In this document: positions 59,298 to 64,000 of the stretch, in pieces | Layout of the letters: each line of letters begins with the position of its first letter | How positions within the stretch are numbered: the stretch's first letter is position 1 | DNA from: a virus | Virus record (IMG/VR): IMGVR_UViG_3300020473_002200 | Location: 1-64,000 of that record | Strand: one strand, 5' to 3' | Length of the DNA: 64,000 bases | Notes under the pieces: model-generated | The model's input: only the letters and a program-made list of their open reading frames with translations | The model's database searches: none | Told to the model about the DNA's origin: nothing | Made by a program: the position numbers and the translations under genes

Positions 59298-60241
59298 CTT
59301 TTCTCAAAAGAGCATTTTCAAAGATAAGATTGACATCTAATAATGATAATGTAGAAGTTTCGTGCCCAAATAAAAAATGCAAATCATTTAATTCTTCAAA
59401 ACTTAAGCTGGTAATACATCTAGAAACCCAACAATATAACTGCTGGGTTTGTGGAGAGTCTGGTATAGGCGTAAAGAGATTAATTTCGAAATATAAGAAC
59501 TCGCTAATTTCAGAGGCCGCATTAGTATTTAAGGGGTTTTCAAAGTCTAAGGAGGTTGAATCCGAACAAGAGTATCATATAGAGTTGCCAGATGGCTTTA
59601 TTTTACTCGCTGAAGCACGAGGGCACCCAGATCCAGATGTTAAGGCATCTATTAAGTACGCCGAGCTTAGAGGGATGTCTACACGTGATTTATGGTACTT
59701 TAAGATGGGTACTGTTTTAAATGGCAGGTTTAGGAGAAGAGTGATTATTCCTTCGTTCGATGATCAGGGCGATTTGAATTATTTCGTTGCTAGATCTGTA
59801 AGTAATATGTCAAGAATGAAATATATTAATTCCAAAGTTCCAAAAAAGGATGTAATATTTAACGAAATAAATATAGATTGGAAATCTGAGTTAACGCTTG
59901 TTGAGGGCCCATTCGATTTAACAAAGGCTAATGAAAATGCGACTTGCTTACTTGGGTGTACTTTAAAGGAAGACCAGATATTATTTAAAAAGATAGTAAA
60001 GAATAATACTTCGATTTGTCTTGCATTAGATCCGGACGTAATTGATAAATCGCATGAGATTGCTCGCTTATTAACATCTTATGGTATAAGCGTTCGAATT
60101 TTGGATTGTTCTGGCTATGAAGATGTGGGTGCAATGTCGAAAGAAAATTTTTACGAACGCTTACAAGCTGCCAAGCCATTTGGCAGAGATGATAGACTTT
60201 TGGGTTTGATATCATCTATTAGATCTGGATCAATAGTCTAA
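59276..60241 (+). CDS. dnaG: DNA primase (DnaG / T4 gp61-type, zinc finger plus TOPRIM)
   Basis: Zinc finger CPNKKC...YNCWVCG, catalytic core RRVIIPSFD...YFVARS...KYIN, TOPRIM LVEGPFDL, LALDPD and EDVG. The TTG start overlaps the resolvase gene. Confidence 0.9.
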   Translation: MSRTEKITFLKRAFSKIRLTSNNDNVEVSCPNKKCKSFNSSKLKLVIHLETQQYNCWVCGESGIGVKRLISKYKNSLISEAALVFKGFSKSKEVESEQEYHIELPDGFILLAEARGHPDPDVKASIKYAELRGMSTRDLWYFKMGTVLNGRFRRRVIIPSFDDQGDLNYFVARSVSNMSRMKYINSKVPKKDVIFNEINIDWKSELTLVEGPFDLTKANENATCLLGCTLKEDQILFKKIVKNNTSICLALDPDVIDKSHEIARLLTSYGISVRILDCSGYEDVGAMSKENFYERLQAAKPFGRDDRLLGLISSIRSGSIV

Positions 60242-60252
60242 GGTATTTTTTA

Positions 60253-63200
60253 ATGGGATTTAAGTGCGCTCACTTTGCTGATATACACTTTCGTGGTCTA
60301 TCACGTCATAACGAGTACAAAGAAGTTTTTAATAGCGTATTCAAAGAGTTGTCGGGCATGGAGCTTGACGCTATTTTTATTGGCGGAGATATTGTACATT
60401 CTAAAACCCAGGGAATATCACCTGAATTAATAGATGTGCTAGTGTGGTGGTTTAAAGGATTGGCAGAAATTGCTCCTGTTCATGTAATATTGGGAAATCA
60501 TGATGGCTTAATATTGAACAAGGATAGACAAGACGCGATTACTCCTATAATCCAAGCGATTGGTGATGATAGAATATTTCTATACAAGGATTCCGGAACA
60601 TATCGTTTAGAGCCACACGGGGTAAGCTGGTGCGTATTTTCATGCTTTGATGAAGAGTCATGGTCAACTGTCAAACCAGACCCAGAGACAATAAATATCG
60701 CCCTTTTCCACGGTCCAGTTCAGGGATCAAAAGTAGACAGTGATTGGGAAATAGACGAGCCAAACCAGATTACTGTGGATTTCTTTAGAGATTTCGACTT
60801 CACTTTTTTAGGTGATATTCATAAGTCTCAATTTTTGGATCATGATAATAGGGTCGCGTATTGTGGTTCAACAATTCAGCAGAATTATGGCGAAGATCTT
60901 GAGAAGGGATTTTTGGTTTGGGATATAGAGGATAAGGATAATTTTTCTACTAAATTTTATCCTGTTAAAAATAGATTTTCTTTTTACACAATTCCATGGG
61001 CTGGAAGCGTTGAAGAGACACTCACTAATATCACTGAAGACATGACATTCGGTCGTTTTCGAATTAGATCAAGTAAAACAATTCCTCAAAGCGAAATAAA
61101 GCAATTATTTAATGAGCTAAAAGAGTCATATAAAGCAGCAGAAGTAGTTTTTAAATGGGATATAGAGGAAAATAAAGACGATATTATAAGCATAGGAGAT
61201 ACGACACTTGATAAGAGTGATCTACTAAATCCTGCTACCCATGTTAAGCTTATGGGCGACTATACTAAGACATTTGTTTTAAGTGACGAAGAAAGAGAAA
61301 TACTAGAGTCAATGACAAAACGAATTGCCTCCGAGGCTGCTCGTGGTGAATCTAGAAAAAATCTTAAATGGTCATTAAGAAGATTAAATTTTGATAATAC
61401 TTTTGGGTATGGCACTGGTAATAAAATCGATTTTGAAAAAATGAATGGAATAACAGGCATTTTTGGTAAAAATAGAACTGGGAAATCTTCAATTCCTGGA
61501 ACAATTATGTACGGCTTATTCAATTCCACAGACCGCGGCGCGATTAAAAATCTTCATGTAATTAATTCTAGAAAAGGGTTTTGTAAGGTTGAGATTGATT
61601 TAAATGTCAATGGTAAACCCTATAGGGTAGAAAGGCAATCAGCAAAGCACACCAGCAGGGCCGGCAAAACATCAGCCTCCACCGCGTTGAATCTTTGGAA
61701 GATTGATGCTGCTGGTAATAAAGTTGAAGACTTAAGTGGCGAACAAAGAAGAGAAACTGAAAAAGATTTAAAGGCGCTTGTTGGTAATGCTGATGATTTT
61801 TTATTGACTTCTCTGGCTAGCCAAGGCTCAATGAACAACTTTATTAAAAATGGAGCGACGGTTAGAAAATCGATTCTTACAAAATTTTTAGATCTTGGTA
61901 TTTTTGATAATATGTTGAATATTGCAAAGAATGAATTTTCTGAATTAAAGGGTTCTATGAAAAGTGCGCCAGATAGAGATTGGGCAACAATTATCAGAAG
62001 TAAAAGACTAGAGCTTGAATCATTGACAAGCGATAGAGATGAAACAGAACAACAATGCAAAAAAGTTAGAGAAGAAATAGACAGTATAAAATTGCTGTTG
62101 GCTACTCATGAAAACTCTGAATCGTTTACAGAGGATGAGATTGAAACGCAAGAACAGCTACTAAAAAAGCTAAAATCGAGAAGCGATATTATGAAGAATA
62201 AAATTATCGCGGTTTCTGATGAAATTTCTGAAATTGAAGGCAGGCTACAAAAAATTGCTGCGCTAAGAGAACAATTTCCAGTTGAGGAGCTAAAAGAAAA
62301 ATTAATACAACAAAAAGAGATTGAAAATAGCCTACAAAATATTCAATACTCTTTAGAGAAAGAAAGAACTTTATTAAAGACGCAGAAAAAACGAGCTAGT
62401 ACGCTGGAGGTTGTTCCTTGTGGAGACGCTTTTCCAACATGTAAATTTATAAAAGACTCTCATATTTCTAAAAAGAAAATACCAGATCAGGAATTACGCG
62501 TAAAAGAAATATCTGATAATTGTTCAGCTATTAAGCGAAATTTAAAAAAAATGTTGGGTGAATCTCTGGAAGAAAAAGTCAAGAAATATGATGATATTCT
62601 TAAAAGCGAGTCTGATCTAAAGCTTGAGCGGGGTAATAGCCTGGTGTCTTTAACTGAGCTTGAGGTTGATGATTCTAATTTATCACAAACGCTTGTAGAA
62701 GAAAAAAAGAAATTGTCTAAAATGAAATTAAATGCGACACAAGGCTCTGAGACAAAAGAGATATCTAGGCTTAAGGGTACGCTAAAGACTCTTACAGGAA
62801 GATCCAACTTTCTAGATGCTGAAAAACTTCGATTAAGCGAAAAAATTGGATTAATTCAACAACAGCTAGTCGATTCCGAAGAAGAAAGACTAAAGTTTGC
62901 AAATATGAAAAAGCAATGGAACGCATATCACGCATTCCTGCAGGCTGTTGATAAAAAAGGAATTCCATTAAAAATAATGAGCGTCCAATTACCCGTAATC
63001 AATTCTGAAATAGAGAAAATTTTGCACGGTGTAGTTGAGTTCACTATAGAAATTGAAGCTGATGATTCGACAAACGCTCTAGACGTTTTTATAAATTATG
63101 GAGATTCTAAAAGGATTATAGAGTGCGCGTCAGGGATGGAAAAAATGTTATCATCACTAGCTATTAGGGTTGCATTAATTAATGTTTCTAATTTACCGAA

Positions 63201-63402
63201 GTCAGACTTACTTATAATTGATGAAGGTTTCGGTAGTTTGGACGAAGGAAATATCGAGGCATGTAGTAGGCTACTGGTTGCATTAAAAAAGTGGTTTAGA
63301 CACATTTTCGTAATATCCCATATTGACGCAATTAAGGATGTTGTAGATAATGTTTTGGATATTAGGAGTAAGGGTAAAAACTCTTTAGTTGTTCATGAGT
63401 AA
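60253..63402 (+). CDS. sbcD-sbcC: Fused Mre11/SbcD nuclease - Rad50/SbcC ATPase
   Basis: Phosphoesterase motifs ADIHFR, GGDIVH, LGNHD, FHG, LGDIHK and YCGS..QQNYGE are followed in the same frame by Walker A GKNRTGKS (61465-61488), a coiled coil, the signature ASGME, Walker B LIIDEGFGSLD and the H-loop ISHID. Confidence 0.93.
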   Translation: MGFKCAHFADIHFRGLSRHNEYKEVFNSVFKELSGMELDAIFIGGDIVHSKTQGISPELIDVLVWWFKGLAEIAPVHVILGNHDGLILNKDRQDAITPIIQAIGDDRIFLYKDSGTYRLEPHGVSWCVFSCFDEESWSTVKPDPETINIALFHGPVQGSKVDSDWEIDEPNQITVDFFRDFDFTFLGDIHKSQFLDHDNRVAYCGSTIQQNYGEDLEKGFLVWDIEDKDNFSTKFYPVKNRFSFYTIPWAGSVEETLTNITEDMTFGRFRIRSSKTIPQSEIKQLFNELKESYKAAEVVFKWDIEENKDDIISIGDTTLDKSDLLNPATHVKLMGDYTKTFVLSDEEREILESMTKRIASEAARGESRKNLKWSLRRLNFDNTFGYGTGNKIDFEKMNGITGIFGKNRTGKSSIPGTIMYGLFNSTDRGAIKNLHVINSRKGFCKVEIDLNVNGKPYRVERQSAKHTSRAGKTSASTALNLWKIDAAGNKVEDLSGEQRRETEKDLKALVGNADDFLLTSLASQGSMNNFIKNGATVRKSILTKFLDLGIFDNMLNIAKNEFSELKGSMKSAPDRDWATIIRSKRLELESLTSDRDETEQQCKKVREEIDSIKLLLATHENSESFTEDEIETQEQLLKKLKSRSDIMKNKIIAVSDEISEIEGRLQKIAALREQFPVEELKEKLIQQKEIENSLQNIQYSLEKERTLLKTQKKRASTLEVVPCGDAFPTCKFIKDSHISKKKIPDQELRVKEISDNCSAIKRNLKKMLGESLEEKVKKYDDILKSESDLKLERGNSLVSLTELEVDDSNLSQTLVEEKKKLSKMKLNATQGSETKEISRLKGTLKTLTGRSNFLDAEKLRLSEKIGLIQQQLVDSEEERLKFANMKKQWNAYHAFLQAVDKKGIPLKIMSVQLPVINSEIEKILHGVVEFTIEIEADDSTNALDVFINYGDSKRIIECASGMEKMLSSLAIRVALINVSNLPKSDLLIIDEGFGSLDEGNIEACSRLLVALKKWFRHIFVISHIDAIKDVVDNVLDIRSKGKNSLVVHE

Positions 63403-63655
63403 TTTTATTGATATTTATATAAGTGAAAGAAAGAAGCCGGTACCTGTATCTTGTGAGATTTGTGATAATGTGCTACAGTCTCTTGAAGACGCAGTTTGTG
63501 CCTATAATGAAGGTAGTTGTAAAGATTGCTTTATTTCCTTTGTGGAGCCTAATAGAAATATGTTGGGTGAAAATTGGAAACCAAGCAAAAAAGAGATAGA
63601 TGATTGGTTATTAAAAAAGAATGTACAGTTCAAACCTATGTATAAATTCTTTTAG
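63395..63655 (+). CDS. Small hypothetical protein with two CxxC motifs (putative zinc binding)
   Basis: CEIC...CKDC. ATG 63395 overlaps the end of the sbcDC gene and is preferred over the track start TTG 63389. Confidence 0.6.
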   Translation: MSNFIDIYISERKKPVPVSCEICDNVLQSLEDAVCAYNEGSCKDCFISFVEPNRNMLGENWKPSKKEIDDWLLKKNVQFKPMYKFF

Positions 63656-63664
63656 GAGAAAAAA

Positions 63665-64000
63665 ATGTTAAGTTCAAATGAAATAAATATCTTGGGGCAG
63701 GTTTTTAATCATAGCTTTGGCTATTCTAGCGAAACAATGAAAGTAACCTCTAGCATCCATGGTGATAGTCTTGTTTTAAAATATGTTGCCGTAATTCAAT
63801 TTGCGAGTGAAGCTTCCATGGAACAGCAAAAAGCCCAATATGAAAAAGAGGCTAATGATTGTATCGCTGATGCGTTAAAGAAGATGAAGGCAGAATTTAG
63901 GGAAAAAGCTGAAAGATCGATTAAGGTTACTGAGGAATCACGAGATGACTCTGTCGAGCTTATAAGCGTTTCTGCTCATACACCTAGAAAGTTGGCGTAT
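63665..64000 (+). CDS. Hypothetical protein, truncated by the window end (not in the ORF track)
   Basis: AGGAG SD just upstream, ATG 63665, then 112 open codons (MLSSNEINILGQVFNHSFGY...HTPRKLAY) running to the window edge. Confidence 0.7.
   Translation, partial: MLSSNEINILGQVFNHSFGYSSETMKVTSSIHGDSLVLKYVAVIQFASEASMEQQKAQYEKEANDCIADALKKMKAEFREKAERSIKVTEESRDDSVELISVSAHTPRKLAY

Noticed and set aside
1310-62807. Numerous minus-strand and short alternative-frame ORFs in the track (e.g. 28426-29106, 21991-22563, 51444-52061, 61620-62060)
   Set aside because: All lie inside long, motif-bearing + strand genes, have no recognisable motifs or RBS, and are the expected antisense shadows of S/T/A/G-rich coding sequence.
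1-64000. tRNA, rRNA, diversity-generating retroelement or invertase-based fibre switching
   Set aside because: No cloverleaf-like sequence, reverse transcriptase, recombinase, or template/variable repeat pair with adenine-specific mismatches was seen in this window.

Overview
The window is a gene-dense, AT-rich, entirely + strand segment that most likely comes from a large contractile-tailed (myovirus-like, probably jumbo) bacteriophage. Positions 1-58718 are a virion baseplate/fibre block. It holds a gp25/gpW-like wedge, a gp6/gpJ-like wedge, a DNRLRE-like protein, a 2031-aa gpI/gp7-like wedge, 1308-aa and about 5180-aa giant LamG-containing proteins, two tail-fibre-like proteins, several very large unknowns, and four proteins carrying halves of a P2 gpH-like collar domain. 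Positions 58734-64000 are DNA metabolism genes: a RuvC-like resolvase, a zinc-finger/TOPRIM primase, a single-chain Mre11-Rad50 (SbcD-SbcC) fusion and two small unknowns. The most striking signal is architectural. A roughly 110-150 aa module resembling the outer domain of contractile tail sheaths recurs at least about 15 times by eye across five genes. It is inserted in frame inside other domains and inside other copies of itself, like nested dolls, and one near-identical DNA tract is shared between two genes. All family assignments are from motif recognition by eye; no searches were run. No tRNA, rRNA, CRISPR array or mobile element was recognised.
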